Assembly (NCBI GenBank): GCA_949358305.1
Contig: OX442314.1
Coordinates: 9,424,001-9,488,000 of the forward strand
From: Strigamia acuminata
Lineage: Eukaryota
DNA: 64,000 nt
Direction of reading: 5' to 3'
Positions 12,954 to 27,230 of this stretch are shown piece after piece (positions within the stretch are counted from its first letter, which is position 1; the number at the start of each line of letters is the position of its first letter). The notes beneath the pieces are model-generated. The model saw only the letters and a program-made list of their open reading frames with translations. It did not search any database and was not told where the DNA came from. Both the position numbers and the translations under genes were made by a program.

Positions 12954-14083
12954 AAAAGAACGATTAAAACGACAAAAGAACGATGAAAACGACAAAAGAA
13001 CGATGAAAACGACAAAAGAACGATGAAAACGACAAAAGAACGATGAAAACGACAAAAGAACGATGAAAACGACAAAAAATCGATTAAAACATCAAAAACA
13101 TCGATTAAAATACCAAAAATTCAACCAAAACACCAAAAATTCAACCAAAACACCAAAAAATCTAGTTAATTAACAAAAAATTCACTAAAACGACAATAAA
13201 TTGATTAAAACGGCAATAAAAATCGATGAAAACCACAAAAAAATCGATTGAAACAACCAAAATATCGATTAAAACAACCAAAATATCGATTAAAACATCA
13301 AAAAAATCGATTAAAATACCAAAAAATCGATTAAAATACCAAAAATTCAACCAAAACACCAAAAAATCTAGTTAATTAACAAAAAATTCACCGAAACGAC
13401 AATAAATTGATTAAAATCGACAATTAATAGATCAAACTTCAAGACGCTAAACCCAAAAGCAGACAATAATACTTAAATTACTTCCAGCCACGTAAACTGT
13501 GTGCAGTAATGTCCCACACTTAAGTCACACTTAACCACCGTCCAGGCGCATTGAATGGACTGGCCAAACACGGGACAACTCCCAATTGACAAGTGCTCTT
13601 TTACTGTTTAGAACTTGTTTCTCTCACTATTCAATCAATTTCCGGGTTACCGTACGAATTCTATGGTCTTTTACCACAAGTCTCACTGTTTTGACGTGCA
13701 ATGCAACAACTTCAAACGTGCATTGTTAACTAAACAGTGCTCTATCGTCAACAACGCATGAGTAAACAAAACTCTAGGCGCATTCAATAAAGAATTAACA
13801 CAACACAAGAATGTAATAGTCAACATTATCCCGAGTTACGCATTATTGAATACACCTTCATTCTTGGTGTCTCAGCCGCCACTACTATTCGAGAACGGCT
13901 ACAATTCGAGGGCGACTCTTAATCAGTAAAATACGGTAAGTGTCATTTTTCATAAAAATACATAGGTGGCGCTGCATGAGGGCAGCATCACAAATTATCT
14001 TCGAAAGAAAATGAAGTGCCAAACACTGCAATTGTTATTATTCAATCTAAAAGTTGCTCGTTGAAACACAACAGAGTCTTCGC

Positions 14084-14820
14084 CGAGGAGGTAGCCAATG
14101 CTGGAAATCTCGTACAGGCAAAGATTTTGGATTTAAAAATCTTTGAAATCTCACGAAATCCTGGAAATCCTTGGAATCTTGAAAATCCTCGCAATCTTAT
14201 AAATTGTCGCAAATTCTAGCAAAGTAATTTAAGAAATTCTTGTGAAATCCTTAGAAAATCCCTGAAATCTTTCAAATCTCATGAAATCTTTCCAGGATTT
14301 CCAGTATTCCTAGGATTTCTAGAAATACTGGAAATCCTGGAAATCTTATAAATTGTCTTGCAGATTGTCACAAATTCTAGATAAATATTTTATGAAATCC
14401 TTAGAAATCCTTGTGAAAACCTGTAATCCTGAAATCCTTAGCAAATCCTGTAAATCCTTAGCAAATCCTGTAAATCCTTAGCAAATCCTGTAAATCCTTA
14501 GCAAATCCTGTAAATCCTTAGCAAATCCTGTAAATCCTTAGCAAATCCCTGAAATCTTTCAAATCTCATGAAATCCTAGAAATCCCTGAAATCTTTCAAA
14601 TCTCATGAAATCCTAGAAATCCCTGAAATCTTTCAAATCTCATGAAATCCTAGAAATCCTGGAAATCTTATAAATTATCTTGCAAATTGTTGAAAATTCT
14701 ACCTCGGCTCGTACAGGCAAAGATTTTGGATTTCAAAATCCTTCAAATCTCACGATATCTTCAACAATTTCAAAGATTTCAAAATCTCGCACGCTATTTT
14801 TGCGATTGCCTACCCCCTCG
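14084..14820 (+). mobile_element. MITE with 8-bp TSD (P- or hAT-like) carrying internal satellite
   Basis: TIRs CGAGGAGGTAGCCAAT / ATTGCCTACCCCCTCG. Perfect TSD GTCTTCGC at 14076-14083 and 14821-14828. Internal 20-bp TAGCAAATCCTGTAAATCCT and 37-bp repeats. Confidence 0.88.
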
Positions 14821-15679
14821 GTCTTCGCTATCCGATTAACTTTCTACAAAAAACTTACAAAATGGCAAGGGTCAAAGGTCAACTTCCACCGAGCATCAAA
14901 CCTACAAACTTCGCAAGTTCTTTTTTCTTTGTCGCAATTTCTTTGCAACCCCCACTTCCTCATACACCGCACAGTGGGAAAGAAAAGAAGGATGCAATAA
15001 CTTTGATTGGCGTCCAAAGTGATACCTTAGGCCTGGATCATTGTCCATCATCCATCATCTTCATGGACTGGCGGGGGTTTATTGGCTCCTCAAGACCATT
15101 AACCAGCTTCAAATGAATAAGAGAAGAGTGAAACTTCTCCCTTATAATCACCCCTTTTCCCTCCTAGAACCAACGAGAAAAGAAAAGAAAAGAAAAATCT
15201 CTTTGGCAGCAATAGTCCGTGTTGTAATTGTAGTCTTCAGTCATCCCTCATTCGATTAAGGGCGGAGTAAAGTGAAATCACAAACGTGGAACTGACACAA
15301 CAATGATAAATGACACAATGCAATGATGGATTTCGTATGGATCCATAAGAAACACACATATGGGGGGCGAGGGAGGTGCGAATCATCGTCCAGTAGAGCC
15401 AAATGACTGGACCGGGTTGGTCGTCAACATGGCGGCGTCTAACCTCATCATCTGTCATGTCTTGGGTTTTTTTTTTGTTTCCGGTTTTCTTTTTTTGTTT
15501 TTGATAAAGTTAATGACCAAATGTAATGATAGAACGCACTTTGTTGAGTGTTGTTTTGATGTGGGGGTTTTTCTAGGTTTGGTTAGCGGAAATGTTGGAG
15601 TTGTTGTCGGGTTGTTTGTTTGTGTTATTGTTGAATTCGATGGTTGGAAATCGATAAGTTAGTTTTTGTTTTTTTTTAG

Positions 15680-16480
15680 AAAAATCGATTCGGAAATCGA
15701 AATTTTTTTTTTTGATGAAATCGGTTTAAATATCGAAAAGTTATTTTTTTTTCTTAAAAAAATCGATTCGGAAATCGAAAAAATTTATTTGATGATAAAA
15801 TCGGTTCAAATATCGAAAGATTTTTTTTTTCTTAAAAACATCGATTCGGAAATCGAAAATTTCTTTTTTTTTGATAAAATCGGTTCAAATATCGAAAAAT
15901 TAATTTTCTTTCTAAAAATTCGATTCAAATATCGAAAAATTAATTTTACTTAGAAATCGATTCAAATATCGAAAAATTAATTTTTTTTTCTAAAAAATCG
16001 ACAGAAAATTCGAAAAAAATTACATTTCTTAGAATAAAATCGATTCAAATATCGAAAAATAACTTTCTTTAGAAACATTCGATTCAAATATCAAAAAAAA
16101 ATTTCTTTCTAAAAGATCGACTTAAAAATCGAAAAAATTTACATTTCTTTGAATAATATCGATTCAAATATCAAAAAATAATTTTTTTTTCGAAAAAATC
16201 GACTTAAAAATCGAAAAAATTAAATTTCTTAGAATAAAATCGATTCAAACATCGAAAATTAAAATTTCTTCGAATAAAATCGATTCTAAAATCGAAAAAA
16301 TCGAATTAAAAATTAAAAAAATCGAATTAAAAATCAAAAAAATCGAATTAAAAATCAAAAAAATCGAATTAAAAATCAAAAAAATCGAATTAAAAATCAA
16401 AAAAATAAATTCCTACGAATTTAATCGATTCAAAATCCGAAAAATTAAAATTTCTGCTAAAAAATCGATCCAAAACTAAA
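15680..16480. repeat. AATCGA-core tandem array (~21/42-bp)
   Basis: AAAATCGATTCAAATATCGAAAAA and AAAATCGAATTAAAAATCAAA units. Confidence 0.85.
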
Positions 16481-17134
16481 ATAAAAATCGATTTTTTTTT
16501 CCTCCAAACATTTCCCGACATAAAAATAGAACAAAGTAATTCACTTCCAAAACTGATGTCTTAAGATGATGGTTATCACGTGACAGACGCCATTCTGTGT
16601 TTATTTTTGCGTTATCTCGCCGGTAAATCGAATTGGTGTGGACAGTGGTCATTCCATCACAATCTGATGGCACAGAAAGAAATTGGTTTGCAACGAGAAC
16701 TAAGAGAAAAAAAATTGAGGCCCGAGCAAAGTAATGCAATCAGCTGATAAGGAGAGACAGGATTGAGTAGTAGTGGACACAAGTGGAGAGGTCACTCAAC
16801 CCACATCCAAATCAGATTAACAAAATGATGTGAACAAGAGAAAACAGCATTTCCGGCGACAAGATTTGTTCTTTTCGCTCTGCCGACTACTTGTTGTTGT
16901 TCTTTTCTCATAAACTTGTTCAACAAGTGACAATTTCCATTCTGGAATCGATTTTTTCGTTAAAACGGATAAATATCTGTTGGGATATGAGAAAATCGCT
17001 TTGGGCGTGGAGTTATCGATGTTTTATCGACTAGAAATTTAAAATTTAGTTAATTTAGAATAAATATCGATCAAAGTAACCAAAAACATCGATTTGTGGA
17101 TTAAATTTAAAGCGATTGAGAAAATTTAGGCCAA

Positions 17135-17600
17135 ATATCGAAGAAATTGGTAAAAATATCGAAGAAATTGTCAAAAAAATCGAAGAAATTGTCAAAAAAT
17201 CGTAGAAATTGTCAAAAAATCGAAGAAATTGTCAAAAAATCGATGAAATTGTCAAAAAAATCGATGAAATTGTCAAAATAATCGAATGAAATATCGAAAA
17301 AGCAAAAAACAAAAATTAAAAACAAACCGATTTTTTGAAAAAAAATATCGAATTATTCATTAAAATAACAATTGATTCAATACCTGAAAAAAATCGAGTC
17401 AATATGTCCAAAAAATCGATTCAATATGTCTAAAAATGCAATTCAATATATGGTATGTCCAAAAAATCGATTCAATATGTCCAAAAAATCGATTCAATAT
17501 GTCCAAAAAATCGATTTAATATGTCCAAAAAATCGATTCAATATCTCCAAAAAATCGATTTAATACCTCCGAAAAATCGATTCAATACCTCCAAAATATC
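17135..17600. repeat. 20-21-bp tandem arrays
   Basis: TCGAAGAAATTGTCAAAAAA and TCGATTCAATATGTCCAAAAA units. Confidence 0.88.
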
Positions 17601-18949
17601 GACTAAATTAACTCAAAAAATAAATCACAACTCAAAAAATAACCAAAAACAAAAAAAAATCGATTAAACATCCAAAAAAAAAAACCAAAAATCGACACAA
17701 AATCAAAAAAAAATCCACAAAATATCGATTCCAAAAAAAATCGAATCCAAAAAAAAAAATCGACTTCATCCAATTCCCAAACAACAAATCCAACAATTGC
17801 CAACCTCACCCATCCACCCCAATTAATAAATCTAAAAACACCGAGCGCCATATCAACGCAAAGTGGCCGCCACTCTCCAGCCGGAAGTCATTCAAAAATG
17901 GCGCAAATTTCATCGCTAGAAAAGCGCAATTAAAAAACCCCGCACACGACTCGCTTATCTCACCAAATCCATAAATTCTAACTACAGGTGACAACCATAA
18001 TGACCTCTCATAAATCCCCCCACCACCCCCCCTCACCTGTAAAATACATTACTTCATTTATTGATACCCACGATTTATTACACGCGTTGTTTACTCGCAC
18101 CTCGGAGCTCCAAACTTGACTTGGCTACTTGAAAAATAGAAAACTTGGGTGGGCGTTTTTAATGGCCGGTTCTTTTATGGCGCCAGCAGATGCCAAGTGG
18201 TCAAAATAGGCCTAATGACGTGTAATTCAAACTTAATGGCGTCATTTTTAAAATGTTGACACATTAAAAGAATGGCAGAGTGGTGATGGATGTGTGAATC
18301 AGGTCCTACCTTGTGTTTCTTTTCGTGGAAGTTGGTGGTGGTGGGCTTCACTGCAATGGGTGGCGCTGACTGGTGGCGGTTGATTAAGTCGTGGTGTTCT
18401 GTAATGAGGTGGAGAAAGGTTTCTTTATTTATTTATTTATTTAACTACTAGCACTCCGATGGAGTAAGATAGTTTCGTTGTGTGGGAATTCATAATTTGA
18501 GTTTCAGTGGTTTCTGGCGTCTCTGTAAGCGGCAAAAACGAAAGACGAGGATTATTTCACTTTTATGTTGTTTGTAGTTTTTAGTTTTTGGGTTTTACTC
18601 CTCGAATTATAATCCACTTTTTGCGACACAATGTTTGCTTTTACTGCTTTTTGGTGGTGAATGCTTCATCTGGACGCATTAGGGCAATCGTAAGACAGCC
18701 ATTTTGAATTTAGTTGTAAAAATCAAAAGTAAGGATGCATAAACCACTTTGGTTGTGCTTGCAACTTGGCAGTGTTTAATGACGGTTTATGGTTGTTTTT
18801 GTTTTTGATGTTCATTTTGTTTATAAGAAATGCTAAAAACAGCAAAAGCAGAGACTGCTTTTAGAGTGCTTTTAGTTTGACTTTTAGCATTTGGACATGC
18901 ATTAACTAATTGGTAAAATTGGTTGGTTAAAATTAACAAAAACTGACCA

Positions 18950-19257
18950 ATATTGAAAAATACTGTTCAAAATTGAGAAAAACCTTTCAAAATTGAGAAA
19001 AAGTGATCAAAATTGAGAAAAACTGATCAAAATTGAGAAAAACTAATCAAAATTGAGAAAAAACTGATCAAAATTGACTAAAACTGACCAAAACTGATCA
19101 AAATTGACCAAAACTGATCAAAATTGACCAAAACTGATCAAAATTGACCAAAACCGATCAAAATTGACTAAAACCGACCAAAACTGATCAAAATTGATCA
19201 AAACTGACTAAAACTGACCAAAACTGATCAAAATTGACTAAAACTGACCAAAACTGC
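18950..19257. repeat. 10/20-bp tandem array (AAACTGATCAAAATTGACCA)
   Basis: Direct periodicity. Confidence 0.92.
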
Positions 19258-20181
19258 CTTACACATTAACAAAAACCATTCCACCCAAAATTCCTCACCC
19301 GTCAAAACAACATTTTCAAACCAATTCCCCTTTCTACCCCAAATTCAATTACCAATTAACCCACCTCAAAACATTCATCCAAAGCAATCACCATCATCAT
19401 CACCATTTACCAGTCCATGCATCATTTCTCCATTTTTTAATCTCCAAACCCATTTTTTCCCAACCCCACCACCACCCCCACCCTGCTTCTGACACAGTCA
19501 CATGCATCATTACATCTTCCCCCAACATCCATTCTACCCCAACATCCAAAAACAAAAAAAAAAAACACCCAACCCTTATCTAAAAATTATTCCATCAACT
19601 AACAACACCACCATCTTGTCATGTTAATCTTAATGAGAATTATGATCAATAAAGAGCAAAACCCGTTCAGGTCATCATCAAGCACATGATTAATTACCCT
19701 TCATCAACAACACAAAAAAAACTTATTTACCCCATTTATATTGTAATTATTATATCTTTAATGCCCCTTATCACATATCCCCCTCTACACACAGGACTTC
19801 GTCACATCCCACCCCTAAAATTGACCCCAGGTGGCTCCAAGTGACAAGTGTCAATCAAATCAACATTTAAATCATGTATACTTTTACATTTCGTTATAAC
19901 GAGGGTCACGTCCTTAGGGGTTCTAAGAAGGGGAAAGTGTGGGTGGATGGTTTGGAGGGGGAAGGGGAGTGGAAATGCCTGTTTACAAGTGTGTTGTGAG
20001 TAGGTGGTGGATGCGTTCGAATCCCGAACGGGGCCACTGTAATTGGTAGCGTCGCCAGCTGCCCCCTGACAGTGATGGATGCCCCCGGTCAGTAGACGAC
20101 ACCTCGGCCGACGCCACAGCGCCATTCGTCGACAAATTACACCCCTTTCTTTAATGTGCATTGCAAAAAAATATATAGAAA

Positions 20182-20408
20182 GAGTATTTTACCGATTAAG
20201 AGTCGCCCTCGAATTGTAGCCGGCCTCAAATAGTAGCCACGGCTGAGACGCCATAAATAGTAGACTTTGACCAATATCGATATTTTGCAGTTTCGCCGAT
20301 ACCGATAATAGGCAACCGAATATCGGCCGATACCGATACCTGCGCCGATATTAAAATTAAAATGTCAGTTTTGAATAAGAGCCGCGGCTTTTAATCGATA
20401 AAATACGG
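20182..20408. mobile_element. CCGTA-type MITE with nested fragment; related end at ~13866-13937 in opposite orientation
   Basis: GTATTTTACCGATTAAGAGTCGCCCTCGAATTGTAGCC ... GCGGCTTTTAATCGATAAAATACGG-TA. The left part is the reverse complement of 13866-13937. Confidence 0.65.
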
Positions 20409-21579
20409 TATTTCGCTTGTATTTTTGAACTTTACGAGTTTGTTTTAAGTTAAGACTGTTTGTCTATTTAATTTGCTGTGCAGAGATAACAAATGGTTTC
20501 CGTGTTATGGGTATAATGAAGTTAGCACGCTCGGATATGTTTATTTAATGCGTGTAATCACATTATGCAATGGATAGTTCGACTCGCTTTTTAAGAAAGA
20601 AAAAGAAATGGTGTTTAGTTTGTCGAGAATAACAATCCAGCGACGCAAACCGAGGTTTGATTAATTAAGGCAATTTTGTAATTTTGCAATTTTAACAATT
20701 TTGTATTTATCACGTGATGTCAGCTCCACCAATCACAAAGTAGTTGTGAATTTATATTAACTGGATAAACCTAAAAACAACTCCAAAAACCACGACAAAA
20801 CTTGTCGATAATATAATTTTCGATATTAAAATCCAATTCTTTATAGAAAATCCCTAAAAATTAAAAAAATTCGTTATAATGAGGTTTTTGTCATAAATGG
20901 GTATTCTATAGTTAGTGGAACCAACATTGAACTTGTTGAAAGCAAATTTTGACTCCAAATTATGTCTTTAAAAATTTATTTTGACAATTGTGACACAATT
21001 GCATATCACTTTTACCACCCATTGTTTCTTACATAATAAAAATAAATTTTTTTAAGCATTTAACTTACCTTTAATTGAAGGAGAAGCCCCGCTCTAGGTC
21101 CCCTTTCAGGAAAGGGACAAGTTTGGATGAAAACAGACATCAAAGTGGATTTTTAAGAGCCTATAAAAAGTTAGGGGTGGTATTAGAAACCAAAATGGCG
21201 TTGGAGTGGACTAGTGGACGCCAAAGCAAGCAAGAATGGTTATCTGATGGCGTCTCGACTCCTCCTCCCATCATTCCCCGCGAGGGTCATCGGTGCCTCG
21301 AGTAGATTTGTAGACGAGATTTGAGTTTGTTGAAAGAGAGACAGCGAGGATTTCGTGGAAGCTTGTCAAATTTGTTATTGTTAAATTTGAGCAAGTGAAA
21401 TGAATGATCTGTGTCACTTTTTCCTACTGGGATTCACTAAACTCTGCTTATTCGGCAGAGATAAGATTTTATTGCTTAATTTACGATCGATCTTGATGCC
21501 ATGCCATCACACAGGCATAAGCTTCTCATTTCAACCTGCAGATACCAGTTGTGTCTCATTTTAACCCATTTATTATTGT

Positions 21580-21940
21580 GTATCCAGTATGGAATTTTAC
21601 TATTTGGTATCCAGTATGGAATTTTAATATTTGGTATCCAGTATGGAATTTTAATATTTTGTATCCAGTATGGAATTTTAATATTTTGTATCCAGTATGG
21701 AATTTTAATATTTTGTATCCAGTATGGAATTTTAATATTTTGTATCCAGTATGGAATTTTAATATTTGGCATCCAATCCAGTATGAAATTTTAATACTCC
21801 AGTATTTGGTATCCAGTATGGAATTTTAATACTCCAGTATTTGGTATCCAGTATGGAATTTTAATATTTGGTATCCAGTATGGAATTTTAATATTTGGTA
21901 TCCAATCGAGTATGAGATTTTAATATTTGGTATCCAGTAC
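21580..21940. repeat. 27-bp minisatellite (TATCCAGTATGGAATTTTAATATTTGG)
   Basis: About 13 units; explains the IQYGILIF ORFs. Confidence 0.95.
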
Positions 21941-21952
21941 TGTATAATCATA

Positions 21953-22096
21953 CAGTCGAGCCTCGTTATAACAAATCGGAAGTGACAAAAAATTTGTAAT
22001 AACAAAAAATTTGTTATAAAAAAAATTTGTCATAAAAAAAAATTGTTATAACAAAAAATTCGTTATATCACAATTCGTTATAACGAGGTTCCATTG
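21953..22096. mobile_element. Short Tigger/pogo-like MITE
   Basis: TA-CAGTCGAGCCTCGTTATAAC ... GTTATAACGAGGTTCCATTG-TA. Confidence 0.75.
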
Positions 22097-23179
22097 TACT
22101 ACCTTTGGCTAAAAAAACTAAATTTTCATAATTGGTTTAAAAAAACTGAATTTTCATATTTGCTTTTTAGTTTCCAGTCAAACCTCATTATAACGAACAA
22201 CAATATAACAAATTAACAAAAAAAAAACCTTATCATAAAAAAATTGATCCACATTCAACGGATAAAGAAATATGCTAATTCACTGATCTCATTCAAAAAA
22301 ATTCCATAAGTTGTTCATGCTTAAATACCGCTCTGTGTCAGTATCATTAGTCTTCATTCAAAAAAAAAAAGAACCTTCCTTCCTCCAACCAAATTTGAAA
22401 TTTGATTATTACTCGACTAGAAGAAAAAGACGAAAACTAAGAACAAGCAACCATTATCTTGATGAGCTCCAGACTCAACTTACCGCCTCGAGTTTCCCGA
22501 TAAGCATTTCGGGTAATTTGCCATTGAATTCGAGAACCCGTTCACATCATCCCCGAACCCCCGTTACAACGAACTCCACGTTTCCTCCCCACCCGACTAA
22601 AGACACCGGAAGTGAGCACCCGGAAGCCAACTGTCCACACAGAGAAAAGAAAATCAGCAAAGTGAAAACTCGCGCCTCGTTTTTCACGCGTCACGACAAC
22701 GCACAACACTCTCTGACGTGTAATGGCGTCCATTCCAGTGTGTTAGTGGCCATCAGAGAGGTCTAATGAGTCCAAGAGGGGGTTGTGGGGATTGGGGCAA
22801 GGAAGGAGGGACGCCAGTTGGGGCTACTACAAATCAAACACAGAGCAATTAAGGCACGAGTCTCTTTTCTTGGAAATCGCAGTAGCCAATACACTGCACT
22901 TGTTTTAATTTCCCCTCTTTGGCCGCTAAAGTGGATGGCGAGTGTGGTTATAAAAAAGATGTTTGTCGGCGGTGCGACTATATTTAGGGTTAATCAATCA
23001 TTGAGGGATTGGTTAAAAATTAGGGATAATTCGGGTGACAGGGAGAATTCAAAGGCGGGTCAAGAGTTGACTAGAGTTAATGGATTTTGCAAACGAGCAT
23101 ATGTATGGATGAAAGTGAAACGAAAAGCATGTTCTGCTTGTGGGAGGTTTGTGTGTCTGTTCGCGTGAGGAAATTGTTT

Positions 23180-24240
23180 AAGGGGTTTCGTCAATAGAGA
23201 TGAGTTTGGGGTTTTAGCGATTTTGGAATTTTGGGATTGTAACGATTTTGTAAATTTGGGATTATAACGATTTTGTACATTTGGGATTTTAACAATTTTG
23301 TAAATTCGGGATTGTAACGATTTTGTAAATTCGGGATTGTAACGATTTTGTAAATTCGCAATATTAAAAATTTTGTAAATTCGCAATATTAACAATTTTG
23401 TAAATTTGTAATTTTGTAATTTTGTATTTTGTAATTTTGTAATTTTGTAATTTTAACAATTTTAACAATTTTGGGATTTGGGATTGTAACGATTTTGTAA
23501 ATTCGGGATTTTAACGATTTTGTAAATTCAGGATTGTAACGATTTTGTACATTTTGGATTGTAACGATTTTGCAAATTCGAGATTGTAATGATTTTGTAA
23601 ATTCGCAATATTAACAATTTCGTAAATTCGCAATATTAACAATTTTGTAAATTTGCAATATTAACAATTTCGTAAATTCGCAATATTAACAATTTTGTAA
23701 TTTTGCAATTTTGCAATTTTAACAATTTTGTATTTTGTAATTTTGCAATTTTAACGATTTTGTAAATTCGCAATTTTCACGATTTTGTAATTTTGCAATT
23801 TTCACGATTTTGTAAATTTACAATTTTAACAATTCTGTAATTTTACAATTTTGCAATTTTAATTATTTTGAATTTTGTAATTTTGCAAATTTACAATTTT
23901 AACAATTTTGTAATTTTGCAAATTTACAATTTTAACAATTTTGTAATTTTGCAAATTTACAATTTTAACAATTTTGTAATTCTGTAATTTTGTAAATTTA
24001 CAATTTTAACAATTTTGCAATTTTAACGATTTTCTAATTTTGCAATTTTAACGATTTTCTAATTTTGCAATTTAACCATTTTGCACTTTTGAATTTCTCA
24101 CGTGATATCAGCTCCACCAATCGTGTACACAATTCCAAAAACAACCACAGAACAGAAAAACAGAAAAACACAAAACCGCAAAACCAACCAAAAACCACCT
24201 TCTGCAAAACCAAACAACATCAAACCAACATTCAAAATTC
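23180..24240. repeat. Expanded TTTTGTAA/TTTTGCAA array forming one arm of a dispersed element
   Basis: 8-9-bp and ~25-bp units end in CACGTGATATCAGCTCCACCAATC, a core also seen at ~9262-9290 and ~20710-20735. Confidence 0.75.
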
Positions 24241-26149
24241 AAAACCTTAACAAACCATCAAACCCTGTCCCACTCGAGACTACACTTCCAAAAAAAAACC
24301 ACCCACCCACTATACCAATTCCCCATCTCCCATCCCCACACACACACAAAAACCTAGATTTCCATCACACCCAAGTAGCAACCTGCAACACCACAATACC
24401 TTCCATATTTCCCATTTACCCACCCAACCACCCCCCCACACCCTCCCTTTAAAAACCCACCTTTAACTCCCGACTCAATCGACATTTCTCTAAAACCTCC
24501 CTCGAACAAAACGAAATTTATCTGATTCCATCACTCCTCAGACGCTGGCTTTTACTTGTCAAAACTCGACAAAAGAGGGATTTAAGTGCATAACTGTATT
24601 GAGGAACTTCTCTCAACTCATACACCAACTCAGCTCCACCTTCTCCTCCTCCTCCCCTCAAAGACTTCATTTCGCGGACCCCCTCTTCCGCGGGGGGAGG
24701 GTATTGCAGCACGTGCAATTGAGTGCGCACGACCGCGAGGAATGTCTTTGTAGCCGTCCAAAAGGACGCCGAGTTCGCGTCTGGGCCCGCACAATGCTCT
24801 AATTATGTTCACAAGTAGGAGGGACTTTGAGAGTTTTTGCCACGTTTTCAAAACCCCCTCCGCCATCTTCTTCACTTGTCACACGCGCGTCCGCAAGCCC
24901 CTTCTCTACCTGACAGGTGAGGGCCGTGTTTGCCCAGGCTCGACAAAAGACCAACGTAATCGTAGCCAGACATGATTTTTACCCCCGGCCATCACGATCC
25001 AACCGGAACAACCTCGTTATAACGAATCGCCGAAAAGTTACCACGTGGCTTCGCAGTTTTCGACGTTTCGATTAATGCGAGCAATTTTAGCAATTTTAGC
25101 AATTTTGCGATTTCGGATTTAAAAAAAGACATTTTTCCCGCAAAAATGGCGATTTATGCATTTATTTACCGATTTTCGCAAAATATGCAATTTAAGCCAA
25201 TTTTCGCAAAATATGCAATTTAAGCCAATTTTCGCAAAATATGCAATTTAAGCCAATTTTCGCAAAATATGCAATTTAAGCCAATTTCCGCTATTTATTC
25301 AATATAAATATATTCTATGCATTTATGCATTTATCCGGGGTCTATTTATAACAAATCTTTTATGATTCTTTTCAATGATTCGTTGTAACGAGGTTTGACT
25401 GCAATAATTTATTTAATCACCACCCCAGCACGGATTCACGGACCCAAAAAACCATTCCAACTGATTATACATTTTTTTCCCGCTACCGGAACCATTTAGC
25501 GGCTATCCCAGCAATTAGGCCTAAAAGAACAGATCTAAGATGTCTGCAACAGATGTCTAATTGGATTTGCCTTCACCAAATGACCAGTGCATGACTCTGC
25601 ACAAATTCCACTGACCCCGCCCCGTGATAAGAAAAGGGTATTTTGGCCATCTAATTAATTGATCAAAATGATGATTGAGCGAGGATTTACCAAACTGCAG
25701 AGAATAAATAAATAAATAAATAAATATAAAAAAAAAAACTTTTATATAGATAAAAGGGGGGGAGGTAGGGGGGTGATGGTGATGGTCAGTGCAAGGGGAT
25801 GGTCAATCATCAATCTAAGTCAACTGCTAATCAAATCAGCCAATCAAATCAAACCAAACACGGAAATAAAATAGAAAAGAGAAAAAAAAGACATAAATGG
25901 AAACAAACATTGCAGCGAAGCCAATCCGTGCGGAGTTTTGACAAAAGGGAAATACGAATGTGAAAAGTGCATTGAAATTAATGGTCATCCAATGTCAAAT
26001 TGGGGGATTCATTGGGTCAAGTCACGTGTGAAACTGAGGGCGTAAAGTGCGTGGGTGAATAGGGAGAGGGATGGGTCAGCCAGGTGAGGTTGAGTCGTGA
26101 ATTTCAAGTATTGACAAGGGAGTGACCGGTTGGCGACAGTTGAATGACA

Positions 26150-26185
<36 letters not shown>

Positions 26186-26689
26186 GGCGGGAAAAAAATA
26201 TTTAGGATGCAGATCAATATGGCAGATGGTCGGAGTTCCCAACGATTGTGATCGGTGACGTCGGCATTTTTCATTATTGGCCGTAAAAGCGAGTAAAAGG
26301 ATTATACGGTCAAATGAGTGCGGGGTTTTGTGCTTTGTTGGGGAGTAGTCGTGTGTTATATCGATGTTAAATTGGTTATGTATCGATTTTGGGTTTTAAA
26401 TTTTCGATTGTTTTTGGAAATGTGACTTTATAGGTTATATCGAGAATTTTTTTTTAGTGGGAATCGATTCAATTGGTTTAGAAATTCGACTATTGGTGTT
26501 TGTTCAATTTTGATGCATAAAATCGATAAAAAAATCAATCAATTTAATTTTTTTTTAAATCGTTAGGATTTGGAAAATAGATTGATAAAGTCGATGGATG
26601 CTAAGAAATGATGTATCATAATAAGTTAATTATTTGTAAGGAAATTGATAATAAAAAAAATCAATCAATGCACAAAATCGATTTTAAAA

Positions 26690-27230
26690 ATTCAGAAAAA
26701 TCAGTTAAATTAAAAATCGTCAAAATAATTGATTTTAAAAATCCGCAAAAATGATTGATTTTAAAAATCGGCAAAATCGTTCAATTTTAAAAATCCGTAA
26801 AATCGTTCAATTTTAAAAATCCTCAAAATCGTTCAATTTTAAAAATCGGCAAAATCGTTCAATTTTAAAAATCGGCAAAATCGTTCAATTTTAAAAATCC
26901 GCAAAATCGTTCAATTTTAAAAATCAGCAAAATCATTCAATTTTAAAAATCGTCAAAATAATTGATTTTTAAAAATCATAAAATAATTGATTTTAAAAAT
27001 CATAAAATAAATCAATTTTAAAAATCATAAAATGAGTCAATTTTAAAAATCATAAAATGAGTCAATTTTAAAAATCAGCAAAATCAGTCAATTTTATAAA
27101 TCAGCAAAATCAGTCAATTTTAAAATTAAAAATCAGCAAAATCAGTCAATTTTAAAATTAAAAATCAGCAAAATCAGTCAATTTTAAAAATCCACTAAAT
27201 CAATAAAAATAATTTTAAAAATTCGCCAAA
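26690..27230. repeat. ~26-bp tandem array (AAAATCGTTCAATTTTAAAAATCGGC)
   Basis: Direct periodicity. Confidence 0.9.

Larger units (their letters stand above)
10800..13420. repeat. 20-21-bp satellite (CGATTAAAACGACAAAAAAA) split by an LTR element
   Basis: The same unit occurs at 10800-11162 and 12954-13420. Confidence 0.9.

Noticed and set aside
20010..20036. GTTCGAATCCC B-box-like motif followed by GGGGCCA (tRNA/SINE?); also GGTTCGAGTCC on the minus strand at ~10606
   Set aside because: No A box or cloverleaf could be built.
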